Part shown: piece by piece, positions 27,395-38,160 of the stretch
Layout: each line of letters begins with the position of its first letter
How positions within the stretch are numbered: position 1 is the first letter of the stretch
From: Bacteroidales bacterium
GTDB lineage: Bacteria; Bacteroidota; Bacteroidia; Bacteroidales; Paludibacteraceae
NCBI GenBank assembly: GCA_012518275.1
Contig: JAAYSS010000065.1
Location: forward strand, 15,995 to 79,994
Length of the DNA: 64,000 bases
Direction of reading: 5' to 3'
Notes under the pieces: generated by a model
Told to the model about the DNA's origin: nothing
Seen by the model: only the letters and a program-made list of their open reading frames with translations
Databases searched by the model: none
Program-made: the position numbers and the translations under genes

Positions 27395-29101
27395 ATGAAC
27401 AAGAAATTATTATTCTTTGCGGCTGTAATTGCATCTGCATTGGTATTTACGTCATGTAGTAAGAAAATGACGGCTTTGGATGCCCGTTATTTCAAAACAA
27501 ATCCCAGCCCACTGGCTGTAAATGGTGGGAAAGTGGATGCAACCGTAACAGGCACATTTCCACAAAAGTATTTCAACAAGAAGGCCGAAGTAACCATAAC
27601 CCCCGTGCTTAAGTACAACGGAACCGAACAAAAAGGTGAACCTAAAACATTTCAGGGCGAAAAAGTGCTTGGAAATAATCAAACTGTAAGTTATGCTATG
27701 GGTGGGACGTATGCCATTAACCCTTCTTTTGTTTACAAACCAGAGATGGCAAAATCGGAACTTTTTCTCAATTTTGATGTAAAACAAGGCAAGAAAACCT
27801 ACAAAATCCCGGCGGTAAAAGTTGCCGATGGGGTAATTGCTACTTCTCAACTGGCTTCTCTTTCACCGGATGAAATAAAAACAGCGGTGGCGCCAGACCA
27901 TTTTAAGCGTGTTACACAAGAAACTCAAAATGCCGATATCCTTTTCTTAATTGAGCAGGCACAACTTCGAAATACGGAACTAAAAAAATCAGACATGGTT
28001 GATTTTTACCAAAAAGTAAAGGAAGCTCGCGACGCTCAAAACAAAGAAATTTCATCGTTGGAAGTGCTTGGATATGCTTCACCGGATGGGTCAATCGAAT
28101 TGAACACCAACTTAGCTGAAAAACGCCGGAAAGTCACTACAGACTACCTGAACAAGGAAATGAAAAAGTTGAGAGCTGATGTGACCATTGATAGTAAATT
28201 TACCGCAGAAGACTGGGAAGGATTCCAAAAACTGATGGAAGCTTCAGATATTCAAGATAAAGATTTGATTTTGAGAGTGCTTTCCATGTATCAAGATCCG
28301 GAACAACGTGAGCGCGAAATCAAAAATCTTTCGGTTGCATTTAAGGATGTCGCAAGAGAAATCCTTCCAAAACTTCGTCGCTCACGTTTGAACCTAACAG
28401 TTGATGTAACAGGAAAATCTGACGAAGAAATTTTAAATTTGGCTCGAAATAATCCTAAAGTATTGAGCAAGAAAGAATTACTTTATGCCGGAACATTGGT
28501 GGATTCGTATAGAGAGAAAATGGAAATTTACAACAAATTTATCAATCAATATCCGCAAGATGCACGTGGTTACAACAACTTGGGTGTGCTTCGTTATGAG
28601 TTAGATGCTTTGGATGAAGCTGAAACTTTATTTAAAAAAGCGCTTGGACTTGATCCTAATTCACCGGATGCGAACTACAACTTGGGCTTACTGAGCTTGA
28701 CAAGAGGAAATGGCGATGATGCACAAGCTTATCTCGGCAAAGCGACAGGAACTACCGGAAACTTAGACGCAGCCCTTGGTACAAGCTACATCGCACAAGG
28801 CGACTACACGAAAGCTCAAAGCACGATGAACAATGTTAATTCCAACAACGCTGCCTTGGCGCAAATCTTGAACAACGATTATAATTCGGCTCGCCGCACG
28901 CTTGCCGCTGTGGCAAAACCGAATGGGCTAACTGCATATTTGGCAGCTATCATCGGCGCTCGTACTAATGATCGGGATGCGGTTTACACCAACTTACGTA
29001 CTGCCATCAAGCGCAACAAGAGCTTTGCCAAAAAAGCTTTGACTGATTTGGAATTTGCTAAATACGCAGCTGATGCAGCATTTTTGCAAATTGTGAAATA
29101 A
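27395..29101 (+). CDS. lipoprotein with OmpA-like motif and C-terminal TPR repeats
   Basis: Lipobox VFTSC. GYASPDGSIELNTNLAEKRRKVTTDYL resembles the OmpA-C peptidoglycan-binding motif. TPR-like repeats follow (YNNLGVL..EA...FKKAL.LDPN..DANYNLG). Confidence 0.65.
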   Translation: MNKKLLFFAAVIASALVFTSCSKKMTALDARYFKTNPSPLAVNGGKVDATVTGTFPQKYFNKKAEVTITPVLKYNGTEQKGEPKTFQGEKVLGNNQTVSYAMGGTYAINPSFVYKPEMAKSELFLNFDVKQGKKTYKIPAVKVADGVIATSQLASLSPDEIKTAVAPDHFKRVTQETQNADILFLIEQAQLRNTELKKSDMVDFYQKVKEARDAQNKEISSLEVLGYASPDGSIELNTNLAEKRRKVTTDYLNKEMKKLRADVTIDSKFTAEDWEGFQKLMEASDIQDKDLILRVLSMYQDPEQREREIKNLSVAFKDVAREILPKLRRSRLNLTVDVTGKSDEEILNLARNNPKVLSKKELLYAGTLVDSYREKMEIYNKFINQYPQDARGYNNLGVLRYELDALDEAETLFKKALGLDPNSPDANYNLGLLSLTRGNGDDAQAYLGKATGTTGNLDAALGTSYIAQGDYTKAQSTMNNVNSNNAALAQILNNDYNSARRTLAAVAKPNGLTAYLAAIIGARTNDRDAVYTNLRTAIKRNKSFAKKALTDLEFAKYAADAAFLQIVK

Positions 29102-29136
29102 GAGACTTTCAAACAAACTTGTTTATCTATATTTCA

Positions 29137-29175
29137 AAAGTCCAAGATTTTGATGTTTTGGACTTTTGTTTTTTA
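29137..29175 (+). terminator. rho-independent terminator after the TPR lipoprotein gene
   Basis: AAAGTCCAA-loop-TTGGACTTT followed by a T-rich run. Confidence 0.75.
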
Positions 29176-29214
29176 AAAATTCTCAAAAAATAGGAAATTA
29201 AACTATAATTCTTT

Positions 29215-29222
29215 TAACTTTG
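29215..29222 (+). promoter_or_regulatory. -7 promoter motif upstream of holB
   Basis: TAACTTTG, 66 nt before the TTG start. Confidence 0.4.
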
Positions 29223-29288
29223 CATAGCTGAATAGGTAATCGAACTATCGAATTAATTTACGAATTAACCATTTAACAAATTAACCAA

Positions 29289-30440
29289 TTGTTTAAAGAC
29301 GTCATAGCCCAGCAAGAGATTAAGAGTCGATTTATCCGCTCTGTTCAGGATAGACGAATTCCGCATGCCCAGTTGCTTCACGGCGATCCCGGAGTAGGGA
29401 AATTGGCTTTGGCTGTGGCATATGCGCAATACATCAGCTGTAAAAATCGCACTGAAACAGATGCTTGCGGAGTTTGTCCGTCATGTGTGAAATATAGCCA
29501 GCTACAACACCCAGATCTTCATTTTGTGTTTCCGGTAATCAAACCGCCCAAAACCACTACTGTAGTATCAGATGATTTTTTGCCGGAATTTCGAGAAATG
29601 TTTTTGGAAGATCCATATTTTAGCGTAAATGAGTGGTATGAAAAAATAAGTGACGGTGCTAAGCAAGGGATGATTTACTCGAATGAAAGTTCCGAAATCA
29701 TCCGAAAGCTGAACCTGAAAACCTACGAAAGTGACTACAAGGTGATGATAATTTGGTTACCGGAGTTGATGCACGAAGCGTGTGCCAATAAACTGCTAAA
29801 AATTTTGGAAGAACCGCCTGAATTCACGGTTTTTCTTTTGGTCTCAAATAATCCGGATAGGATAATTACCACCATTCTTTCGCGGGCGCAACATGTGAAA
29901 ATACCGCGATTGGCTGAGTCAGAAATTGCGGAAGCGCTCGGCAAGCTCAGTCCGGAAAAATCGCAAACAGAGATAAACAATGCTGCGCGTATTGCCGAAG
30001 GCAGTTTCTTAAAAGCGAAAGCGATGTTGGGCGATAGCCAATCGCAGATACAGAATTTTGACCGATTTGTAGAAATTATGCGTTTAGCTTGGTTGGTTGG
30101 CAACAAGCGAAATCACAGCTCGCTGAAAACGCTGAAAAACTGGGCGGACGATATGGCGTCGGCTAACGTGGGGCGCGAAAGACAGAAACATTTTTTGGCT
30201 TACGCGCAAAATATGGTGCGCGAAAATTATATTTTTAATTTGAAACACCCCGAACTAAATTATATGACCGATTACGAAACAAAATTTTCTACCAATTTTT
30301 CGCCGTTTATCAACGAAAGAAACGTGGAAGAACTTGTGGCTGAATTGTCGTTAGCAGAACGCCACATTGAGCAAAACGTCAATGCAAAAATGGTGTTTTT
30401 CGATTTAGTTTTGAAAATCATTATGCTGTTGAAAAAATAA
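29289..30440 (+). CDS. holB: DNA polymerase III delta-prime subunit
   Basis: 383 aa with a TTG start. RIPHAQLLHGDPGVGKLALA, zinc module CGVCPSC, and SRAQ sensor motif. Confidence 0.85.
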   Translation: MFKDVIAQQEIKSRFIRSVQDRRIPHAQLLHGDPGVGKLALAVAYAQYISCKNRTETDACGVCPSCVKYSQLQHPDLHFVFPVIKPPKTTTVVSDDFLPEFREMFLEDPYFSVNEWYEKISDGAKQGMIYSNESSEIIRKLNLKTYESDYKVMIIWLPELMHEACANKLLKILEEPPEFTVFLLVSNNPDRIITTILSRAQHVKIPRLAESEIAEALGKLSPEKSQTEINNAARIAEGSFLKAKAMLGDSQSQIQNFDRFVEIMRLAWLVGNKRNHSSLKTLKNWADDMASANVGRERQKHFLAYAQNMVRENYIFNLKHPELNYMTDYETKFSTNFSPFINERNVEELVAELSLAERHIEQNVNAKMVFFDLVLKIIMLLKK

Positions 30441-30452
30441 GATTATTTAGAA

Positions 30453-31625
30453 ATGAATGTCAATGAATATTATACCGCTCCCTGCATTACTTGCGGTGGA
30501 TGTCGCAATACTACCGATAAAAAATTAAGCGTTTACGATTGGTTGAGCAACCTACCCGAAACGGTGAAAGAAACCGATTTGGTGGAAGTTCAGTTTAAAA
30601 ACACCAGGAAAGGCTTTTACCAAAACGTGAATAATCTCGACCTTTCTAAAGGCGATATGGTTGCCGTGGAAGCTTCACCGGGACACGATATTGGTGAAGT
30701 TACGCTCGTGGGAAAACTCGTAACGCTTCAGATGAAAAAGTACAACATCGACCTGAATAAGTACGAAATAAAGAAAATATATCGCAAAGTCCGCGATTCG
30801 GACATGGAAAGATATCACAAAGCAAAGGCAAAAGAGCAGGACACGATGATTAAATCGCGTCAAATTGCAGAAAACATGAATATTGACATGAAAATAGGTG
30901 ATGTGGAGTACCAAGGTGATGGAAATAAAGCTATTTTTTATTACATTGCTGATGGACGAGTAGACTTCCGTCAGTTGATTAAAGTTTTTGCCGAAACTTT
31001 CCGTGTTCGTATTGAAATGAAGCAGATAGGTGCACGCCAAGAAGCCGGACGAATTGGCGGTATCGGGCCATGTGGACGGGAGCTCTGCTGTGCAAGCTGG
31101 ATTGTTAATTTTAAATCCGTTTCTACCAGTACCGCTCGCAGCCAAGACCTTTCACTTAATCCGCAAAAGTTAGCCGGACAGTGCGGAAAATTAAAATGTT
31201 GCCTAAATTTTGAATTGGAAAGCTACCTGGATGCACAGAAAAAACTTCCGTCACGAGAAATAGAATTGAAAACAACCACCAACACCTACTACCACTTCAA
31301 AACAGACATATTCAAAGGGCTGATAACCTATTCTACAGATAAGAACACTCCTACTGATTTAGTCACAATCGATGCTGAGCGTGCGAAAGCTGTTATTCAG
31401 ATGAACAAAAAGGGAAATAAGCCTGAAGTTTTACAGGAACAACCGAAATCAAAAGGAAAAAAAGTGGGATATGAAAATGCAGTAGGGCAGGACAGTGTTA
31501 GTCGCTTTGATGGTAGAAAAACATCGCGTTCATCACAGCGCCGAAGGGGAAGATCGCGAAGAAATAGGAATAAAAATAAACCGAGAAACAAAAGTAATAA
31601 ATCCAGACGAAATGAAAGGAAATAG
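30453..31625 (+). CDS. PSP1-domain protein (YaaT/RicT-like) with Arg/Lys-rich tail
   Basis: 390 aa. PSP1 core with Cys cluster GPCGRELCC...CGKLKCC. C-terminal SQRRRGRSRRNRNKNKPRNKSNKSRRNERK. Confidence 0.8.
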   Translation: MNVNEYYTAPCITCGGCRNTTDKKLSVYDWLSNLPETVKETDLVEVQFKNTRKGFYQNVNNLDLSKGDMVAVEASPGHDIGEVTLVGKLVTLQMKKYNIDLNKYEIKKIYRKVRDSDMERYHKAKAKEQDTMIKSRQIAENMNIDMKIGDVEYQGDGNKAIFYYIADGRVDFRQLIKVFAETFRVRIEMKQIGARQEAGRIGGIGPCGRELCCASWIVNFKSVSTSTARSQDLSLNPQKLAGQCGKLKCCLNFELESYLDAQKKLPSREIELKTTTNTYYHFKTDIFKGLITYSTDKNTPTDLVTIDAERAKAVIQMNKKGNKPEVLQEQPKSKGKKVGYENAVGQDSVSRFDGRKTSRSSQRRRGRSRRNRNKNKPRNKSNKSRRNERK

Positions 31626-32076
31626 AATTTTTATAGCGTTTCTATTGGTCGTCAGTTTTGTTGCGTGCAATCCAAATGAAGTGTTTTTTAGCTATCGTCA
31701 GACGCCTATAAGTGGTTGGCATAAAGACAGTTTGCTGATGTTCGACTACCATATTCAGGACACGCTTTCACGTTACGATGTGTTTCTTCATGTTCGCCAT
31801 TTTGGAAATTACCCTTATCAGAATTTTTGGATGTTTTTAGAGAATACAGATGCAAAAGGTAACACGACCCAAGACACCATAGAATGCTACTTAGCTGATG
31901 AGTTTGGAAAATGGCTCGGAACAGGAAATGCCGTTAAAGAGATGCCCGTTTTTTATAGACAAAACATTCAACTGCCCGATAGTGGAACCTACCAAATTAA
32001 AGTTAGACATGGCATGCGAGATTCGGTGTTAATCGGAATAAAGGAAATCGGATTAAGGGTGGAATTAATAAAGTAG
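31612..32076 (+). CDS. gldH: gliding motility lipoprotein GldH
   Basis: 154 aa from the ATG at 31612. Lipobox SFVAC. Size and position downstream of holB and the PSP1 gene match the arrangement I recall for gldH in Bacteroidota. It overlaps the PSP1 gene by 14 nt. Confidence 0.7.
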   Translation: MKGNRIFIAFLLVVSFVACNPNEVFFSYRQTPISGWHKDSLLMFDYHIQDTLSRYDVFLHVRHFGNYPYQNFWMFLENTDAKGNTTQDTIECYLADEFGKWLGTGNAVKEMPVFYRQNIQLPDSGTYQIKVRHGMRDSVLIGIKEIGLRVELIK

Positions 32077-32184
32077 TTACAAGGTTAAAAGATAAAGCGA
32101 TTTGTGTTATTGATAAATTGTGGTGATTGATTATTGTGTATCAGCACATTTTACATTCTGCTTCAAACTTTTGTTTTTGATGTT

Positions 32185-32937
32185 ATGGGAAAAAATAAAT
32201 TAGCAAAATTTGCCGAACTGAAAACCTTTCCGCATGTGTTTCAAGTACCGTCAAAGGTATTTTTTGAAGGTAAAAAATTTGAAATGAAAGGCAAATGGAA
32301 TGAGCTTTTCTTCAAAAACAACAATCCCATTGTGCTTGAACTGGGGTGCGGCAAAGGTGAATATACTGTTGAACTTGCCAAACAGTTCCCGGACAAAAAT
32401 TACATCGGCGTAGATATTAAAGGTGCCCGTCTCTGGACCGGTGCGAAAGCTTCGTTGCAACAGGAATTAAAAAATACAGCTTTTATTCGCACTAACATCG
32501 AAATGATTCATCATTTTTTCGGAGAAAATGAGGTAAGCGAAATCTGGCTCACTTTCCCCGATCCACAGATGAAAAAAACAACAAAACGGCTTACTGCAAC
32601 AAACTTTATCAACTCATATTTGAACTTTTTGAGTGCAGACGGAGTTATTCATCTGAAAACCGATAGCAATTTTATGTTTACCTATACCCGTGAAATGGTG
32701 AGATTAAATCAATTTCCGGTAGAGGAATTGATAGAAGATATTTATTCAAAAGAAAACTTAAACCCAATTTTGAGCATAAAAACCTACTACGAAAAACAGT
32801 GGTTGGAGCGCGGAATAACCATAAAATACATCCGATTCAAACCGCTTCGAGACAAAGAACTTATAGAGCCTGAAATTGAAATAGAACGCGACTCATACAG
32901 GAGTTTTAAACGCGACAGAAGACTCCCAAATTCATAA
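32185..32937 (+). CDS. trmB: tRNA (guanine-N7)-methyltransferase
   Basis: SAM-binding [10 protein letters not shown], and FPDPQMKK (FPDPW/H-like) motif. ATG at 32185 preferred. Confidence 0.88.
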   Translation: MGKNKLAKFAELKTFPHVFQVPSKVFFEGKKFEMKGKWNELFFKNNNPIVLELGCGKGEYTVELAKQFPDKNYIGVDIKGARLWTGAKASLQQELKNTAFIRTNIEMIHHFFGENEVSEIWLTFPDPQMKKTTKRLTATNFINSYLNFLSADGVIHLKTDSNFMFTYTREMVRLNQFPVEELIEDIYSKENLNPILSIKTYYEKQWLERGITIKYIRFKPLRDKELIEPEIEIERDSYRSFKRDRRLPNS

Positions 32938-32998
32938 AAATACAACAAAGTAAATCCCTTTACATGGATATTATTTGAGATTTTGCAAATTAGATATT

Positions 32999-34108
32999 AT
33001 GACACTTTATCCAAAATTAATTCTTGACGCATTGAAAAATGTCCGTTATCCGGGCACCGGAAAAGACATCGTAGAGATGAATATGGTGCAGGACGATATT
33101 CGGATTGACGGAAATAAGGTCAGTTTTTCACTCCTTTTTGAAAAACCGAATGACCCTTTTTACAAATCGGTGGTAAAAGCAGCCGAACAAGCTATACTAA
33201 CTTATATCAGCGAAGATATTGATATTAAGGGAAATATAAAAGCAATTGTTAAGGAACGCCCCAAGCCTAAACCGATATCTATTCTTCCCAATGTAAAGAA
33301 CATCATTGCCGTATTTTCGGGCAAGGGGGGTGTGGGGAAATCAACGGTTTCTGTCAATTTGGCTGTTTCACTTGCTTCGCTTGGGTATAAAGTAGGACTC
33401 TTAGATGCTGATATTCATGGTCCGTCACTTCCCAAAATGTTTGGCGAAGAGGATGCACAGCTTTATGCTGAAGAGAAGGACGGCAAGCAGACCATTCTGC
33501 CCATTGAAAAATATGGAGTTAAAATGCTTTCTATCGGCTTCTTAGTGGACCCCAATCAAGCGCTCGTGTGGCGTGGCAGTATGGCGAGCAATGCACTCAA
33601 ACAGTTGATTACTGACGCTCGTTGGGGAGAATTAGACTATTTTATCATGGATCTTCCGCCCGGGACCGGAGATATCCATCTTACGTTGGTACAAACCATG
33701 GGAATTACGGGAGCTGTGGCAGTTACTACACCGCAGGAAATTGCCCTTGCCGATGCTCGAAAGGGAATTAATATGTTTTTGGGGGACAAAGTGAATGTCC
33801 CCGTACTCGGAATTATAGAAAATATGGCGTGGTTTACACCGGCAGAACTTCCTAAAAACAAGTATTATATATTTGGAAAAGACGGAGGTAAAAAGCTTGC
33901 CGAAGAATTGAATGTACCGCTTCTCGGGCAAATCCCGCTCGTGCAGTCCATACGTGAAGGAAGCGATGATGGAATACCCGTTGCTGCTAAATCAGATAGT
34001 CTTACAGCTCAGGCGTTTAGAAGCGTTGCTGAGAAAATAGTGGAAAGGGTGAAGTACAGAAATGAACACCAAGAAGCAACTAAAAAAGTAGAAATTACAA
34101 GGTGGTAA
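32999..34108 (+). CDS. apbC: Mrp/NBP35-family Fe-S cluster carrier ATPase
   Basis: N-terminal DUF59-like segment, deviant Walker A SGKGGVGKST, and DLPPGTGD. Confidence 0.88.
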   Translation: MTLYPKLILDALKNVRYPGTGKDIVEMNMVQDDIRIDGNKVSFSLLFEKPNDPFYKSVVKAAEQAILTYISEDIDIKGNIKAIVKERPKPKPISILPNVKNIIAVFSGKGGVGKSTVSVNLAVSLASLGYKVGLLDADIHGPSLPKMFGEEDAQLYAEEKDGKQTILPIEKYGVKMLSIGFLVDPNQALVWRGSMASNALKQLITDARWGELDYFIMDLPPGTGDIHLTLVQTMGITGAVAVTTPQEIALADARKGINMFLGDKVNVPVLGIIENMAWFTPAELPKNKYYIFGKDGGKKLAEELNVPLLGQIPLVQSIREGSDDGIPVAAKSDSLTAQAFRSVAEKIVERVKYRNEHQEATKKVEITRW

Positions 34109-34138
34109 AAAACAAGCTTAATTCCGTATGTATGAAAG

Positions 34139-34167
34139 CTACAAGTGGATAACTTGTAGTTTTTTTA
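34139..34167 (+). terminator. rho-independent terminator after apbC
   Basis: CTACAAGT-GGATA-ACTTGTAG followed by T8. Confidence 0.8.
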
Positions 34168-34339
34168 TCTCTGACAACCAATTGCTCGGCTTTGGCATAA
34201 CTATTGAATTATGTTAATAAACAAACAAGAAACCAATTTGTAATCAAAAGAAATTCAGTAACTTATAATGCTTTTGATGGGTATATGGTTTTAAATAGTA
34301 TGACATTTTGACATAAGCTTTAAAATTGAAGCTGAAAGA

Positions 34340-36787
34340 ATGAAAAAAAGACAGATGAATAAACGATTTGAAAAACTTTTAACCGACGAAATGATGAGCA
34401 AAGCGGAGGTGCTACCGATTATATCATTGGATGAAAATCCGTCTGATGTAGCATTGAATCCGGGAGATGTAATGCCGATATTGCCATTGAGGAATATGGT
34501 AGTATATCCCGGAGTGCTGGTTCCGGTGGCAGTAGCACGTCCTAAGTCGTTACGACTAATACGTCAAGTACAGGATGATGATGGGCTTTTAGGGGTTTGT
34601 ACTCAGATAGATAAGCAAATTGAAGACCCGACCCATGAGCAACTTTACAAAATGGGTGTAGTGGCACAGATTGTCCGTGTTTTGGAGATGCCGGACAATA
34701 CAACTACCGTAATTTTGGAGGGAAAAAAACGATTTACACTTGATGAGGTAGTTTCCAATAAGCCGTTTATGCGTGCCAAAATCACACCGGTACAGGACAT
34801 ACTTCCCGATGTTTCAGATAAATCGTTTGTTGCACTTGTGTCATCTATCCGTGATTTGGCTGTAAAAATCGTAGAAAGTTCAGGAATAGTACCACCTGAA
34901 ATGGCTTTTGCAATACGGAATATTGATAATCCTGTGTTCCTTATCAATTACATTTGTACTAATTTTGGATTGAGCGTAGAAGAAAAGCAGCGTTTGCTCG
35001 AAATTAACGAAGTAATGGAGCGCGCCTATCAGCTTTTGAATTTGCTGAATCGAGAGTCTCAATTGATAGAAATTAAGACGTCTATCCAAAATAAAGTGAA
35101 AAAAGGCATTGATCAGCAGCAACGTGAATATTTTTTACAGCAGCAAATAAAAACCATTCAGAGTGAGTTGGGTGAAATGTCACCTGAAAAGGATTTGGAA
35201 GATTTCAGAGAACGTGCTAAGGCAAAAAAATGGTCGAAAGCAGTTGGGAAAATATTTGAAAAAGAGTTAAACAAGCTTGAACGAATCAATCAGCATTCAC
35301 CGGAATATACAGTTCAAATAAATTACGTAGAAACGATGTTGGAAATTCCCTGGGGGGAATATACAAAAGACAAATTCAACATTAAGAACGCCAGAAAAGT
35401 GCTTGATAAAGACCACTTTGGTATGGAGACGGTGAAAGAAAGAGTGTTGGAGTACCTTGCTGTTCTAAAATTGAAAGGTGACTTGAAATCACCGATAATT
35501 TGTCTGCATGGTCCACCGGGAGTAGGGAAAACATCACTCGGAAAATCAATAGCCACTGCGCTTGGCAGAAAGTATGTTCGAATGTCGTTAGGTGGTTTGC
35601 ACGATGAAGCTGAAATTCGTGGGCACCGACGCACCTATATTGGTGCTATGCCGGGTAGAATTTTGCAAAACATTAAAAAAGCAGGTTCGGTTAATCCGGT
35701 TTTTGTACTTGATGAAGTGGATAAAATCAACACCAGTTACAAAGGCGATCCGTCTTCAGCATTGTTGGAAGTGCTTGACCCTGAGCAAAATTTTGCATTT
35801 CACGACAACTATTTGGATATAGATTTTGACTTGTCAAAAGTGCTTTTTATAGCCACAGCCAATGATTTAAATTCAATTCCACGTCCACTTTTAGACAGAA
35901 TGGAGTTGATTGAAGTCAGCGGGTACACGCAGGAAGAAAAAGTAGAAATTGCATCACGTCATTTGATACCCAAAGAGCTTGAAAACCACGGCTTAACCGG
36001 CGAACAATTCATGCTCAACAAAAAAGTAATACAGCAGCTCATTGATCAGTACACACGCGAATCGGGTGTGCGCGAACTGAATCGAAAAATCACCGCGTTG
36101 ATGCGGAAAGTAGCACTTAAAATCGCTACAAAAAGCCAATACAATGTGGAGCTGACCCCCGAAGATATAAGGGAATATCTGGGAGTTCCGCTTTACAGCA
36201 AGGAAAAATATGAAGGCAATGACTATGCTGGTGTAGTAACGGGTCTTGCGTGGACTAGTGTGGGAGGTAGTATTCTTTTCATCGAGAGCAGTTTGAGTCC
36301 AAGTAAGAATTCGAAACTTACGCTTACGGGAAACTTAGGAGATGTGATGAAAGAATCGGCCATGCTTGCTCTTCAATATGTTAAGGCCAACGCCGAAGAG
36401 TTTGGCATTAACCCGAAACTGTTGGAAGAGAATAGTGTTCATGTTCACGTTCCGGAGGGTGCAATACCAAAGGATGGACCTTCAGCCGGGATAACCATTG
36501 TAACAGCCTTAATCTCTGCATTTACTAGGCGAAAAGTGCGAAAAAACATTGCAATGACAGGTGAAATTACACTTCGAGGAAAAGTGCTTCCTGTTGGTGG
36601 AATCAAGGAGAAGATCCTTGCTGCTAAACGAGCAGGAATCACAAATATAGTCATTAGTGAAGAAAATCGGAAAAACATAGAAGAAATAAAACCGATTTAT
36701 TTGAAAGGATTAAAATTTCATTACGTGACTGATATTAAAGAAGTTATTGATTACGCATTGTTAAAGGGTAAAGTGAAGCTCTCTTAA
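34340..36787 (+). CDS. lon: ATP-dependent Lon protease
   Basis: 815 aa. Walker [10 protein letters not shown], and catalytic PKDGPSAG with downstream Lys ([14 protein letters not shown]). Confidence 0.95.
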   Translation: MKKRQMNKRFEKLLTDEMMSKAEVLPIISLDENPSDVALNPGDVMPILPLRNMVVYPGVLVPVAVARPKSLRLIRQVQDDDGLLGVCTQIDKQIEDPTHEQLYKMGVVAQIVRVLEMPDNTTTVILEGKKRFTLDEVVSNKPFMRAKITPVQDILPDVSDKSFVALVSSIRDLAVKIVESSGIVPPEMAFAIRNIDNPVFLINYICTNFGLSVEEKQRLLEINEVMERAYQLLNLLNRESQLIEIKTSIQNKVKKGIDQQQREYFLQQQIKTIQSELGEMSPEKDLEDFRERAKAKKWSKAVGKIFEKELNKLERINQHSPEYTVQINYVETMLEIPWGEYTKDKFNIKNARKVLDKDHFGMETVKERVLEYLAVLKLKGDLKSPIICLHGPPGVGKTSLGKSIATALGRKYVRMSLGGLHDEAEIRGHRRTYIGAMPGRILQNIKKAGSVNPVFVLDEVDKINTSYKGDPSSALLEVLDPEQNFAFHDNYLDIDFDLSKVLFIATANDLNSIPRPLLDRMELIEVSGYTQEEKVEIASRHLIPKELENHGLTGEQFMLNKKVIQQLIDQYTRESGVRELNRKITALMRKVALKIATKSQYNVELTPEDIREYLGVPLYSKEKYEGNDYAGVVTGLAWTSVGGSILFIESSLSPSKNSKLTLTGNLGDVMKESAMLALQYVKANAEEFGINPKLLEENSVHVHVPEGAIPKDGPSAGITIVTALISAFTRRKVRKNIAMTGEITLRGKVLPVGGIKEKILAAKRAGITNIVISEENRKNIEEIKPIYLKGLKFHYVTDIKEVIDYALLKGKVKLS

Positions 36788-36897
36788 TTTTTAGGAAACT
36801 CTTCTCTCAAATTCTGGTTCTTGTATTAGCACCACTAATTGGTGTTTCTTTGGATATTTTTTGGCTTAATTATTGCTCTATATTTCAAAATTTTGTA

Positions 36898-36905
36898 TAA
36901 ATTTG
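36898..36905 (+). promoter_or_regulatory. -7 promoter motif upstream of the DUF4126 gene
   Basis: TAAATTTG, ending 7 nt before the ATG at 36913. Confidence 0.4.
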
Positions 36906-36912
36906 CCAAACA

Positions 36913-37503
36913 ATGAACGGAGAACTTATTACAGCAGTTGCGTTAGGTATTGCGTTGAGTGCAAGCACCGGATTTCGTGTGTTTATCCCGATGTTGGTAG
37001 CGAGTGTGGCGGCTCATTTCAACATTATCCCCTTGACTGAAAATTTTTCCTGGCTGGGTAGTCTTCCTGCAATAATTAGTTTCGGAACAGCTGCCGTTGT
37101 GGAAGTATTGGCATACTATATCCCGTTTATAGATAACCTTTTAGACACCATTACTACGCCACTGGCGGTGGGTGCTGGCACGCTTTTGATGACTTCGGTA
37201 CTTCCCGTAGATCATGAACTTATGAAATGGATTATGGGATTTATTGTTGGTGGAGGTGCTGCTGCAACCATGCAGAGCGGAAGTGTATTGTCGAGATTTA
37301 CATCCAGTAAGTTCACGGGCGGAACGGCAAATCCTGTTGTTTCAACCGGTGAAAACGTCGCTGCTCTCGGTACATCCATAACGGCATTGTTTATACCCGT
37401 AGTTGTAGCAATAATTTTTATATTTATTGCGATCATTATTTTTTTCAAACTTTTTGAATGGAGAAGACATAGCAGAGAAAAGAAAAGTAAAGCAACAGAA
37501 TAA
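36913..37503 (+). CDS. DUF4126-like polytopic membrane protein
   Basis: 196 aa with 5-6 hydrophobic helices and Gly/Ala-rich loops. The family name is from memory only. Confidence 0.5.
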   Translation: MNGELITAVALGIALSASTGFRVFIPMLVASVAAHFNIIPLTENFSWLGSLPAIISFGTAAVVEVLAYYIPFIDNLLDTITTPLAVGAGTLLMTSVLPVDHELMKWIMGFIVGGGAAATMQSGSVLSRFTSSKFTGGTANPVVSTGENVAALGTSITALFIPVVVAIIFIFIAIIIFFKLFEWRRHSREKKSKATE

Positions 37504-37536
37504 CTGCACTACATGGAATAGAATAATCTAAATACA

Positions 37537-37580
37537 ACAAAAGCGGATTTGTTTATTTATTAAAACGAATCCGCTTTTGT
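37537..37580. terminator. bidirectional terminator (DUF4126 gene / wHTH gene)
   Basis: ACAAAAGCGGATT-loop-GAATCCGCTTTTGT between convergent genes. Confidence 0.75.
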
Positions 37581-37599
37581 TATAAAATGCTTTTGTTTA

Positions 37600-37797
37600 T
37601 TAAACCAATGAAATAAACAATTCTTTTCCTTCTTCTCTGAAAGAAATTTTTCCTTCACGTGCTAACCATCCAAGAGCTAAATTTAGATTCTTTTCGGTTA
37701 GTTTTGTGGCTTTTTTTACGGCTTTAACTTCTAATTCGCCTTCTGACAATGCATTCCAAATAAGACCTGCATTATTGCCAATTTTTTCAATAAACAT
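37600..37797 (-). CDS. small winged-helix protein (DUF2582-like)
   Basis: 65 aa. AGLIWNAL...LTEKNLNLALGWLAREGKI is typical of the stand-alone wHTH family. Confidence 0.6.
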   Translation of the reverse strand: MFIEKIGNNAGLIWNALSEGELEVKAVKKATKLTEKNLNLALGWLAREGKISFREEGKELFISLV

Positions 37798-38122
37798 AAT
37801 TAATAATATTTTTTGTGGTTAAAAAATGCAACGTTGAATTGTCACAAAAGTAGTGAAAAATATGTTATAAAACATGTTTTCGGTTATTTTTGTGTAAAAA
37901 TTAATTAATATTAACACATCTAAATGTAAATATAAAGTTAGTATGCAGATTGATGTGATATCTTAAATTGATACATTTTACTCTAAATCGGCAGTATCTA
38001 CTGCTTTCCAAAATGATTTTGCATCGGTTTTATCAAAAAATTTTCTATTGCTTGGTAACCGTATCTAGATTTAAATATTTATACTTTTTCAGTTGAAGTT
38101 AGGAAAATTGCCAATTTTAAAT

Positions 38123-38130
38123 TATTTTTG
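38123..38130 (+). promoter_or_regulatory. -7 promoter motif upstream of pulA
   Basis: TATTTTTG, 30 nt before the ATG. Confidence 0.4.
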
Positions 38131-38160
38131 AACTTTGGTTCTAAAAAATATACATAAATC

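Noticed and set aside
34193-34207. Sigma-54-like promoter TGGCAT-N5-TTGA upstream of lon, noticed because rpoN is encoded in this window.
   Set aside because: The -12 element is TTGA rather than TTGC, so the critical GC is missing. The match is a single weak hit in AT-rich DNA, and no enhancer-binding-protein gene is nearby.
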